From Camelus ferus (Eukaryota): a stretch of DNA of 64,000 bases. Location of the stretch: the NCBI RefSeq assembly GCF_009834535.1, contig NC_045696.1, forward strand, positions 42,100,001 through 42,164,000, written 5' to 3'. Position numbers and translations under genes: made by a program. This document shows positions 50,309 through 62,068 of this stretch, piece by piece. The first letter of the stretch is position 1. Each line of letters opens with the position of its first letter. The notes beneath the pieces are model-generated. The model was not told where the DNA came from. It saw only the letters and a program-made list of their open reading frames with translations, and ran no database searches.

Positions 50309-50355
<47 letters not shown>
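50305..50355. repeat. (TTTA)n microsatellite
   Basis: Seen directly. Confidence 0.95.
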
Positions 50356-51480
50356 CAAGAAAAAGTTTAATAGTCATGCTGCTGTGGGCCACACAGATGA
50401 GAGGTGCCTGTGTGAGCCAATATTTCTTTTAAATTTCAAGGGTATGCCAATTGGAAGGGGAAGGATTTGGTGACATAGAGGGCTTCTTCCAAAATAGAGT
50501 TTGAGATGGGTTTAGAAGTCAATATTACCATTGTCAAAAACTGACTCATCTGAGCCCTAGGAGAGTTTGATAAATCTTTGAATGCATTTAACTCTAGTAG
50601 AACTTTTCTGATGGGGATCTTGTGTGGAGTAAACCAATGGAAGACTAAATATACTTGCAAATTTAAATTCATACATATATTATTGCTGAGAGCCGTCCGT
50701 TTTCCACTAAAGAGTGGGTTTAAAAAATCATTAGACAACCACAGAGACCTGGAGTGGCCTGTGTAGAGAGTTCTGGGGTGGGAGGGGATGCTGCTTTGCA
50801 AACTGGAGGAATGTGGTATCCCTTTCACTTCTTCCCCTGGTGATCACGTAATGTGTGACAAGTAAAGACTGACTTCCACGCAGAGAGGGAGCATTTCCCA
50901 AAACCGTTAGGGAGATGGACCTCACAGCAATCTCAGATAGGCTGGTGTTCTTTCTCCCTTTATTCTGCTTTTAGAAAATAGGCTTATAATTTTTGTCTTC
51001 AGAAATGTATGGTTGCTTTCCATGAGCCGTAACCCATTAGGCCAGATTTAACCTAATGTTCTGAGAGGTTCCAGCTGTCACAGAGGTGGAATAATCCACC
51101 ACCTAAGGGCACATGAGGCTGCACCAGATTTGAAGGCTAGAAATCAGAACAGTCAAAGGGCGTGTATGGTGCTGGGGTGGAGTGCTGATTTGGAAACATT
51201 TATATGTGGATGTTCCTGGCCTGGCATGAGGATAGGCCTTCTGGGGCAAAGTTCATTCTTTTATCTTTGAAATGCACTAGGCTTTGTGGGTAGCTTCCTT
51301 TCCAGATGAAGAGAAACTGGCCTGGCGTGGGCTGGTGACTTTCTCACGGCCAAAGAGAGCAACCCAACGATCCTGGGTGCTTGAGTGACGGTGAGATGAG
51401 GAGAAACAGGTGCTTCATACATTGAGCATCTCACCTCCCAGCATGGGATCAGCAGCAGCCTCTGAAACTTTGTCCCTTTC

Positions 51481-51762
51481 CATAGAAAACAAACTGTGGT
51501 TACCAGAGGGGAAAGAGGGGGGAGGGATAGATTAGGAATTTGGGATTAACAGATACACATTACTATATGTAAAATAGATAAACAACAGGGACTTACTGTA
51601 TAGCACAGGGAACTGTATTCAATTTCTTATAATGAGCTGAAAATGGAAAAGAATCTGAAAAAATATATATGTATATGTGTAAGTGAATCGCTTGGCTGTA
51701 CACATGAGACCAGCATTGTAAATTGACTGCACTTCAATAAAAAATAAGAATGAAAAAAAAAA
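51481..51762 (+). mobile_element. Young L1 3'UTR fragment with A tail
   Basis: catagaaaacaaactgtggttaccagagggg...cttcaataaaaaa; near-TSD ctttgtcc(c)tttc at 51468-51480 and 51767-51778. Confidence 0.92.
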
Positions 51763-52439
51763 GAATCTTTGTCCTTTCTAGTCAAATACTGGCACGTTCA
51801 CTTTGATTACAGGGCCAATTACATTTTCCTACTATAATCTTCTAAGTATCCAACCAGATAATGTAAAACTGCAGTGAACAGTCTGTGAGATAGGTCCTTG
51901 CTGGTGCTCAAAGGCTATAGAAGCGTTCTAGTTGTTGGATGAGCTTGAACTGAGGATGACTCTACAGCTAAAGTGAAACAGACTGTCTTCATTCCAGTTG
52001 GCATTTTAAAAAGATGTCTATTTATCTCTCCCACATTATTAAAGTAAGTAGTTGAATGGGAAGGCAAGATGGGGGCTGGAGCATTGCATACTTTTTGATT
52101 CAGCAAGAAGCAGGCAGGTGACTCGTAGTCTTGTCCTTGTGGCACAGGATAGGACAATAAATGCTGTGGAATCGATGTTACCAAGACTGGTGCTCCATAA
52201 AACTTTCCCAATGTCTTACGTGGATCTGGGTCTAACCCAGACTCAGTCTGAAGCAAAGAGGGGAGTCATCTAATGTTATATTGTTACTCACCCCTACCAT
52301 CCTTCTTACTCCTGTGAACAGAGATTTTTGAATCCAAAAGTAGGACTTGCTTGAATCTGGAATTCTAGGTCAAACTGTACCCATTGTATTTTCCATAGAG
52401 CAGGTTCATGTCCCTGGGCAGCTGTGCCAAATGAATTTG

Positions 52440-52745
52440 ATTTTTTTTAAACTTTTTTTTATTGAGTTATAGTCATTTTACAATGTTGTGTCAAATTCCA
52501 GTGTAGAGCATAATTTTTCAGTTATACATGAACATACATATATTTATTGTCACATTTTATTTTTTTGCTGTGAGCTACCACAGGATCTTATGTCTATTTC
52601 CCTGTGCTGTACAGTATAATCTTGTTTATCTGTTCTACATATGCCTGTCAGTATCTACAAATTTTGAAATCCCGGTCTGTCCCTTCCCATCCTCTCCCCC
52701 TTGGCAACCACAAGTTTGCATTCTATGTCTGTGAGTCTGTTTCTT
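52440..52745 (-). mobile_element. Young L1 3'UTR fragment (same subfamily as the 36258-39320 copy)
   Basis: Reverse-complement match to about 38980-39280 (attgagttatagtcattttacaatgttgtgtcaaattcca; tgtgagctaccac). Confidence 0.92.
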
Positions 52746-55712
52746 AGCATTCAGTTGTTTTCGTGAGAATGGAAATGATCCAGAATTAACCAAAGCGTGG
52801 ACTTGCTGCTGTAGAGCACGGCCCATCCCTGAGATGATGGAGAATCTCAGGTGCGTGAATCCCACCTTTGGCTTTGCTGCTTCTCTGATGTGAAGAGAAT
52901 CTATGAAGCTGAAAAAAATAGTTATGTTATTTCAGAACGAATTGTCTTTATCTTGCCCGTTGGTAGGATCAGTTCATTTATCATAGGGTTCGCTTGTTAC
53001 CCAGGCAGTGGGTGGTGGGGGCAGTTTTCTGAGGGCAGAGTGAAAAGGAGGCTGGTTGGTGGATGAGCGATGAGAAGTTAGTGGAGGTAAAAGGAGAAGC
53101 AATGGCTTGTGGTCTGTCTTGAAGGGGAATGAATACGGAGTGTTAGCTTTTCCTGTTGTTTGTTTTTCCTTGCAGATACTTTGACTGTGAACAATAGTTT
53201 CGTAAGGGAGACAGAATGAGTTCTGCCAGGAAGGTTGGGAGCTGTGACAGGCAGAAGAAAAATGAAGCCAGATGGCACAGAGCTGTGTCATCACGCCAGA
53301 GTTTCACCTCGATCTGCATTCAGTTATTGCCTTTGCTTGGTACTCATTCAGGAGACAGTGTGTGTGTTCTGACTCTGAAGTAATGGATGAACTTTCAGGT
53401 ACAGTATATTGAACTAAGTCTCACTACTTTCTTCCCATGCTGTGAATTCACTGATGCATCCATTCATTCAAGAGTCATTTACTGAGAGCTCATCATGGGA
53501 CTGGCATAGTAGTAGGTACTGTAGGTTATCAATCACTTACTTCCTAGAAATTTTTATTGTAGTAAACAGTTTGCTTTTTTTTTTAAAGAAAAAAACAACA
53601 ATTTGCTTTTATTCTAAAATTTGTTTTGGTTTTATGACTGAAGCTAAAGGCATCAAGCCAAGAGTCCATGAATGAATAAAAAAGGTGGAGATATTTGTGA
53701 TGTTTTGCAGCTTTTTAGATCTATATTTCAGTAGACCTGTAAAGGCACTACTTGCAATATTGCAATATTTGAAATATTGCAAGCCGATTATGAGTAAGAC
53801 AGACTCCTGACTGACTCGAGAGATGCCCTAGATGTTGCTCAGAAGGCAAGGTAATAATAGCCTTCTGTGTGCTCTTCTCTGTGTGTTATCCTGTATAATA
53901 TTTACATCCAGTGAATGCTTACACTTGTCGGTATGGATTTTGTGTCCATTATTATTTATGGTGTAATGCTACAGTAATACTTGCATAAACTTTCAGGCAT
54001 GAAGGTAGGAAATGTATGAGAAAAAGGAGACTGTGGGTCAAAGAAGAAGCCTTGAGATAAGACAGAAAGTCACTGACAAAAAACATAGAAGTCCACATTG
54101 TTGGGTGGGAGAGTGGAGAAGGGGAAACAAAATTGTGATCATCAGTAAAAGGATGAATGAGTAAGTTACCCATCTGATGGTCACAGTGAAAGGGATAGAG
54201 GTGATGAGAGCTTCCAGTGGAGAGGATGAATGGCAAGGAAGAGTTACTGGGTGAGCCGTGCCCTTCTGGCACCTGGGGAGGAAAAGGATGAAGACCTGAG
54301 CAATGGAAGCCAGGGTCAGTGTTAGCAGAGAGGACAGATGGTGGTGTAGCTGTGGGGCTTGGCTGGGGGAGGTTTCCTGGCCTCCTCCAAGGCTTAGTGC
54401 GTGTGTAAGAAGGTGTTTTATGGAAAGAGTGAGCCAGCTACTGGTGGCGAGGTGGCTAACACAAATGTGGGCAGGGTTGAAGAACCAGACTTAATGTATG
54501 ATTTCTGCGATAGCTTGGAATTTTAAATAAACATCTTAATAAAACTTTCGTAACAAAACTTTCTGGTAGGAGGACTTGTCCCATGTTTCAAATGTTTCCC
54601 AGGTGTTTCCCAGTAGAAATTTCCAACTGGCAGCATTTCATAATTCTGATTACCTGGGAGAAATTACTATAGCAAATTTAGGTTTCATTCTCAAATCATA
54701 CATCTCCCTTCCCCCTGAAATGTCAGTTTAATTGTTTCTGGTTCCTTAAAGGGTCAATTTGAAAGAAGGCTGAGCCTGCAGCATAGACTGTCTATGAACG
54801 AGATATTTTGAGGAAATCTAATGTGAGCTCTTTAATTCCTCCTACATTCAAACCTCAGATAATAGAAGTAAGAACCTCTTAGTTTGTAATAAACAATCAA
54901 ATCTCAAGTGAAGTCTACAGCCATTTGAAAAACACCCTGCTGTCCTTTCTCCAGGGGCTCATGCTGATAAATATCTCAGCCCCTCTCCCAGTTGCTGGTG
55001 CCATGGTGTCAGAACAGTAATAATAACTCAGCCACCCAGTGCTTGTCTGAACACAGTCTCAGAGAGCAGGTGCCAGGGAAGACACAGGAAGACTCGGTTG
55101 TGAAGGAAGATACATTCGTGGTCAGGAGAGTTTGGATTCGGATTCCAATAACTATGGAAGACAGAAAAGAAAGGCCATTACTGCATTCCAAATGGTGGGA
55201 AAAAAGAAAACCAAAGTGGGAAAGAGAGAGAGAAAAAAACCCATCACCAAATTGAGAAGAAAACTCTTGTAACAAAAGCTAGACTGGTGAATGACCTTTA
55301 GCTGTGGAAAGATACTATTCCGATGAAACGTGAACTGAGATTTCTTCTGAGGGCTCATTTACATTTTCCCTTTTTCAGTCTTCAGTGTATTTCAGTAGGT
55401 GTGTGGTTCTGCATGGCTAGTATCTTTGTCTCTTTGAAAAAGAGAAATGGGTCAGCTTGCTGTCGCTTGAGCAGGCAGGTGGTCAGGTGCTCTGGTGAGA
55501 GACATGGCTAAAGCCAGCCCTAGCCTTGCTAGGAGAGGGGACCATGGGGGGCTTGCCCTGAGGTGGCATTTTATGATCTAGTTGACCAAGGGGTTTTCCT
55601 CTCCAGCTGAGCATGGCTGACACTGAATTTGCTGCAGAGAAACAGGACTCTCCTCAGAGGTGATGAGGGCATTTGCCTGAATGTAGTCCAGTGGTACTTA
55701 GCTGCAGGACAT

Positions 55713-56152
55713 GTGTGGTGGGCGAAATAACAGCTCCCCAAGACGTCCATTGTGAATTATATTACTTTACACATGAAAAGGGGCTTTGCAGGTGTAATTA
55801 AGATAAAGGTCTTGACATGAGAGATTATCCTGGATTATCTAAGTAGGGCCAGTCTAATCACACAAGTCGTTAAAAGTTGAGCCACTTCCCTAGCTGGGTC
55901 AGAGAGAGAGGTGACAATGGAGTAAGGATGAGGTAGATATGCTGTGAGGGCTCATCCTACTCTTGCTGGCTTTGAAAATGGGGGAGGGGGCTGTGAGCCA
56001 GCGCATGTGGGCGGCCTCTCGAAGCTCAGAAAGTCAACGAGATGGATTCTCCCCTGGAGCTTCCAGAAAGAAACACAGCTGACCTTGAGAACTGTGAGAT
56101 AAAAAATTTATGTTCTTTTAAGCCACTCAGCAGCCAAAGAAAACTAAGACCA
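55713..56152 (+). mobile_element. MaLR LTR (MLT1D/E-like)
   Basis: tgtggtgggcgaaataacagctccccaaga...gggctttgcaggtgtaattaag...gagattatcctggattatct...gatggattctcccctggagcttccagaaagaaac. Confidence 0.85.
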
Positions 56153-56722
56153 CATTGTACTCTGTCAACACTATCTCTTTGTCATCTCTTGCTGGTTCAT
56201 TTCATGAATTCTGTCTAAATAATAAAGCTGTAGTCTCAGGCCAGCTCCCGAAGGAAAATCTTGAATGTAGAACGTGATTTTAAAGGCTGAATCAAGTAAA
56301 TAGGGCTACCTGTAGAGATATTAACAAATAAATGTGTTCACTCTTTTTACTCACAAATACTTTTTGCGCCCCTATTAGCAGCCAACCATTTTATTAGGTT
56401 CTGGGATTAAAACCTGAGTGAGGACAGATTCCTTCCTGCTCTCAAGGAGATTTGCTGGGGTAGACTGACTATCCATCCAGCAGTGCTTATGTGTGGGTGG
56501 ACAAGCTTGCTTCTCTTTGCCGACCTCACTGTGGGTGTTGTGTTTAGAGTTCACCGTCCTCTACTGAGTTAAACCAGTCACCACGCCTTCATCCAGTTTT
56601 CGTCTTCCACACATTTATTTAAAGCTGTGGTCTATTGCCATTTCTCTTGTTCTTTTTTTTTGTTCCTAAGGGGTGATGTGGCTTATGTCTCCTGTATAAT
56701 ACTGACCTTGGTTTTCTCTTAG

Positions 56723-56852
56723 GAACCTGGTGCAGCATGGACCTGCACTGTTCCTCCTGAAAACAAACCATAAAACTGCCCCTCCCCATGCTAAAGTAGG
56801 AGAAAGGAAATAAACTAGTCAACTTCCTGAGCTGCAGCCTTGATGCCAGGAG
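56723..56852 (+). other. Candidate non-coding or UTR exon (130 nt)
   Basis: Branch TACTGAC at 56700-56706, cttggttttctcttAG acceptor, GAG|GTGAGC donor; stops in all three frames; no transcript evidence. Confidence 0.35.
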
Positions 56853-58389
56853 GTGAGCTCGGTACATACAGGACTTGCAAGTGATTTAACGTTTCTTTCT
56901 GCTGAGGTAGTTTAGAATAAGTTGAAACAAATGATGAACAGGAATTATGTAGTAAATAAAATAGTTAAAGTCATGATTTTTTGTTGCCACCCATTATTTT
57001 CTAGAATTATAGACCCCAGAGGATTTCTTTCTAGGCAGGTTTTCTTGGTGAAGACGTGTCTTCCCTCACTGGTGATCAGCTTCCTAATTCTGACAGACAT
57101 GTCTGCCCAGGCAAGTAGAGCAAGAATAACTAGATTAGCCTTTCTTTCCCTTGCCGCTCTTCGTTTGTTGACTCTACTAACAAAGGGACTGTATCAGGCA
57201 AAAGGAAAAATGCATCTATTACCAAGCAAAAATTTTGCGGAGACTTAAAGCTGTAACGTTCTCTGCCTGTTAACATCTAGTCAGATCTTTGTGTTTGAAG
57301 GGATGGTCTTTAATCCCCTTCCTCTGCTTTAAGGTGATGCCCTTTTCAAAACATGGCCCTGATTTACACAGATTAAATAGTGTTTGAATTGGCCAGAAAG
57401 AGAATGGGAGAAATGCAAGTACCGTAGCTTATTCGTTTCTGTTGATTCTTTCTTTAGATTTCCGACATTGTGGCTCTGTGGTCAGCCTAGTATCCTTGGC
57501 TAACCTCTGCGGGAAGGGCAGAGTGACTGTTGGAGGGGAGCGTTCAGAAGTGGCGGATGAATGAGAGAGAAAGCATGCTGAGTTACATCCATTCAGGGAG
57601 GTGATTTATGTGATAAAATGTGTGTGACGTTAATTGCTCTTCCTCTTCTCACGCATGACTGCCTGGCTGTCCTACCCCACCCGTGTGTGGGCAGAGAGCA
57701 CGTGATCGACGTACAAATAGGAGGTACAGAGAGGGTGTAGTGTGAGAACAAAGGTGCTGGGAGTGGGCGAGTGACAGATTAAGGGAATAGCGGGCGGCAA
57801 GCCTGGGCAGAGAGAAGCAGCAAAATTCAGGCTAGGAGGGCAGACAGCCGGAGCCTGAGAGTATCACAAAACTCCAAAGGCGAGGCCGTGAATTGATAAG
57901 GGATTTCCCTGACTTCCACCTTGCACATGAAGAAATCATCTTGCCTATTCTGAAGATTCAGGTGTCTAAGGAGAAATTCCATTGGTGATGGAGAAAGCCA
58001 GAATTCCTCCCCTCTGTCTAACTGATCTGTTCACGGCAATGAAGGAACATGTCAGGTTTGGCACAGATGACACGGATCACCTAGGGAGAGAATTCTCAAG
58101 ATCCAGCCCTGCCTGACACACTCAAAATTTAGATATCCAAAGAGGGCGAGGATGCCTAGAATAGTTAGCAGCAGAAAACACGATAAGATTGGAGAGAAAT
58201 CAGGAAAGAGTGGTCTCACAAAAACCCAAGAGGAGAGCTTCATGGAGTGAACTGTGAACTCACAGGGAAAATAGAATAACATATGTGGAGAGATGAGTCT
58301 ATAGGATGTGGAAACATGGAGCAGGCTCACTGGCATGATGTGGAAGGAAGCCAGGTTAAAATGGGGTTTTCATCAGCTAATTCTGGATG

Positions 58390-59240
58390 TCCACACAAAA
58401 GTTTTTTGAGCCCTTACTATGTAGCAGACATCATTCTGGGTGTTTGGGGATTCACTGATGAGAAAGCAGACATGCTGTCTACTTCCCTGGTGACCTATAG
58501 GGGATGGCAAATAAGAAAGAAAACAACAATTACAAAGACCAGAATGACCTTGGAATATTGGAAGGAAGGAAAAGGAAAGGTAATGTTATCTGAGGCACAG
58601 TGATTAAACAGAATGGAGAAGTTAAGGAAATATGAGATGACTGGGGCCAGCTGACACGACAAGGGCCTCATAGACTACATGGTAAGGGATTAGAATTTTA
58701 TCCCACATGCAGTGGGAAGACTTTAGAGAGGCTTTTGCATGGGTGCTAATGCTATTTGATTTTAAGAGTGAATGAGAGGTGAGGAAACAGAGACCATAAA
58801 TATATCAACTTCCTCAAGATATTGTGCTAGGTAGAGTAGTAACTGACACTTATTTAGTGCTTGCTATGAGCCAGTCCATATTTTAACTATTTTTACATCT
58901 CACTATTTTAATATTCATCATAACCCAATGAAGGATCTATTATTGGTCTTATTTTGCTTACAGGTAAGGAAACTGAGGCACAGAGAGAGGACCCAGAAAA
59001 TGGTTTTTTTGTTTTTTACTTGCTTGTTTTACTTTGGATAGGACAGAGGTAGAGCTTCTATTTTAGTAAGAAAATAGAGAATATGGGCATAAATTCAGGT
59101 GGGTTTATTGTCGGGCAGACGCTACGAGTCTTCCCCCTTGTGATGCTGACTTTCTCAGGGCTCATCAGCTGAGGAGGAAGGAGCGGGGAGGTGCAGGGAT
59201 GGAAAGTGACTAGGTGGAGAGCAGGATGTCCGTGTGCTGG
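58390..59240 (-). mobile_element. L2 fragments with a nested MIR (about 58838-58990)
   Basis: ttgagcccttactatgtagcagacatcattctggg; ggtaagggattagaattttatccc; MIR cacttatttagtgcttgctatgagccag...ggtaaggaaactgaggcacagagag. Confidence 0.7.
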
Positions 59241-59269
59241 GAAATGCAGAACGACTTGTTTTCCTCTAA

Positions 59270-59500
59270 AAGCTTATCCTTTGCAATTAGATCTCTAATC
59301 TGCCTGCAGTTACCTTTTTAGTATGATATGAGGTAGGTATCAAAATGCATTATTTTTCAGCTGGAAATACAATTTACCCAGCACTATTTATGACAAAGAC
59401 TATCCTGTCTCTACTAAACCACAGTGTCACCTTGTCAAGTTAGTTGATTTTATCTGTCTGGACCTGTTTTGGGACTCCTTACTCTTCTCCATTGGTCAGT
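59270..59500 (-). mobile_element. Old L1 ORF2 fragment
   Basis: gtatgatatgaggtagg...caatttacccagcactatttatgacaaagactatcct...gggactccttactcttctccattggtc. Confidence 0.7.
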
Positions 59501-60499
59501 TGAAAACCTTTATTTTTTCACTAAGGTTTTCAGCTTCTACAGTGAAGGCTCAAATAAGGCCTCTTGGGTTTACTTTTACAACTACAAGGAATTTTATTGA
59601 GGTCAAGTATAAATATCTACAAATGAAGTACAAGGTCCTTCCTGTTACCTTCTCCAAATACAATGTGGAGTAGATACGAACTAGTATTGTGCCCTGCTCA
59701 GATGCTCCTACCAGACAGAAAGTCTTACATCTCTGGCTGCTGGCAGTGCTGTCAACATTTATCCTTTAGCTACAGTTCTCTTCAGGATTACTGAAGACCG
59801 CCACCTCTCCCAAAGTCATGTTCCCTGGGGCAGCCCACACCAAATGATTCCTCGGATTGCCTGCTGATACCACGGGGTGAGACGCTAAAGGGATCGGGAG
59901 GCAGAGGCACCATGGCGGTCGGCGGGACTTTACCTGTTTCTGCTGATGGAGAGGTTCCTCTTTTGGGAACCGAGGCCTCTAATTCTGAAGAGCCCTGAGT
60001 TGCAACAACAGGAAGCTTCCCCAGGAACTTGGAGAGACTCCCCGAATGGGTCACCAGGAGTGATGGTAAATGGGGCCACTTCTACATCCACTTCTTACTT
60101 TCTGGACCCATGTACTCCACCTGTTAGGGACCTACTAGGAACCATGTAAAGGTCAATGATTTGAATACAACATTTTAAAGGACAGCACTCTGACTTTGCA
60201 AGGTATTGCCTGTGCTCTCTCATTTCAGCACGTCCTTCTTGGTACAGTGTGCTATGACTAGTAGATTCCATGGGCATGTGCTAACCCCTGCACTTCCTTT
60301 GCTGTTGTTCTCTTGCTATGATAATGTGGGATGCTGGAAACAGTGGGTCAAATACTTTCTAAGTTTTCAGGCTGGCAAATAGGGGAGGTTAACCCTTACC
60401 TGGAATATTTGCATATTAGTGTCAGAATGAATCATTGCCTTTTCCAAGGTGGAAGGGATCTAAAGCAATCAGCTTGCCACCAACTGGCTAGTTGGTCTT

Positions 60500-61061
60500 T
60501 ATTATTGTGTAATAACTCACCCCATCACTTAGTGGCTTAAAATAACAATTCTATTTTGCTCATGGTTTCTTAGTTTAGGTAGTCAGGAAGAACTCAGCTG
60601 GGCGGTATGTGTCCTATTCACATGGCTGCTGGGGCATCTAAGGCTAGAGGAGTCACTGCTAAGGTGGCTCTTTCCTCAGATGTCTGGTGTCTCCACCTTG
60701 GCCCCCCTCTCTCTTTCTACATGATGTCTCGTTCTTCAAGGCCTCTCTAGATGGCTTGATCTTCTCACAGCATGGTTGTCTCAAGGTAGAAGTCTGATTT
60801 GTTATTTGACGGCTGGTTTCTCTTAAACAAGAGTTCCAGGAAAGAGCATTCTGAGAGGTCCAGGTGGCAGTTGCAAGGCTTCTTTTAGCTTAGCTTTGGA
60901 AGTTCCAGAATGTCTGTATTTTTATTGTTAAGTGAGTCATTAAGGCTTAGCCTGGATCCAAGTGAAAAGGGGAATAGATTTTACCTCTTTATGGGGAGAG
61001 GCCAGGTACATACAGGGAAGAAAAGACTCAGTGGTGGCCACGCTGGAGACAAGCTACCACA
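60500..61061 (-). mobile_element. MaLR LTR (older MLT1) nested in ERVL
   Basis: aactcaccccatcacttagtggcttaaaataacaa...cttctcacagcatgg...gcaaggcttctt...gtggccacgctggagacaagctaccaca. Confidence 0.82.
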
Positions 61062-61703
61062 GTCTCATTGTGAATCCCTGTAACGGGGATTTAGGGTTGA
61101 TCTCTGTTGTTGGCAGGAGGCGATTTGGTAGATCAGCTAGATCAGCTTTGGTAATTGGGACCCCATGCATTTCAGCTCATGCATAGCCGCCATTTCTGCC
61201 ACCACGACTACTTTGTCCACTTGCCCAATGCAAGAGGATGGCCAGTGCAGAAGCTGACCTATGTCTACTGTCAAATCATTTTGTGTACCTCTGTGGTTTT
61301 AGTGCCTTTTCTGTCATACGTTCTCTTCAGGCATCATATGCAATACAGAACCTTCAGGCTTTGACTCTACTTCCATATGTCCATCCATGTGCTCCTACTA
61401 TAGATTTCCTTGACTCCAGTCTTTCAATATTTTTCCTTCCAAGACCTTGATCAACTGTGCTAAGCCATTCCCCATGGGTCACTCCCTACCACCTTTTTTT
61501 TTTTTTTAATCTCAAGCAGATGACCATGTGTACCACCCAAAGCTCAGCCCAATAGGAGAATTTCCTCTCACCACTCTCTTGCAGGGCCACCCTTGAATAG
61601 GAATGTAAATTGTCCACTCTGTTTAGGCTTATTTACATCACATACTATTTACATCACATACTGACCCATCCATGGACTGTGCTTAATCATTTTCCCCTTC
61701 ATG

Positions 61704-62068
61704 AGTATTAGTCACAGTTCTCCAGAGAAACAGAACCAACAGGATATATATAAAGAGATTTATTATGAGGAATTGGCTCATACAATTATGGAGGCTGGCA
61801 AAGCCAAAATCTCCAGAACCAGTGTTCCCTTTTGAGTCCAAAGGCCAAAAGTTGTGGTAGAGTCAGGAAGAAGAGATGTCTTAGTTTGAAGGCCAACAGG
61901 CAGGCGAATTCTCATATTCAGGGGAGGATCAGCCTTTCCATTTAGGTCTTCAATTGATTGGATAAGACTCACCCACATCCTGGATGATAATCTTTATTCA
62001 GTCTACCCGTTTCAATGTTAATCTCATCCAAAAACCACATATAATAGTGTTTGACCAAAATATCTAGG
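61704..62068 (-). mobile_element. MLT2 (ERVL LTR), partial, within ERVL pol
   Basis: tattagtcacagttctccagagaaacagaaccaacagga...gagatttattatgaggaattggctcatacaattatggaggctggcaa...aatgttaatctcatccaaaaa. Confidence 0.88.

Noticed and set aside
56903..56925. TGAGGTAGT let-7/miR-98-like start
   Set aside because: It diverges after position 9 and has no complementary star arm nearby
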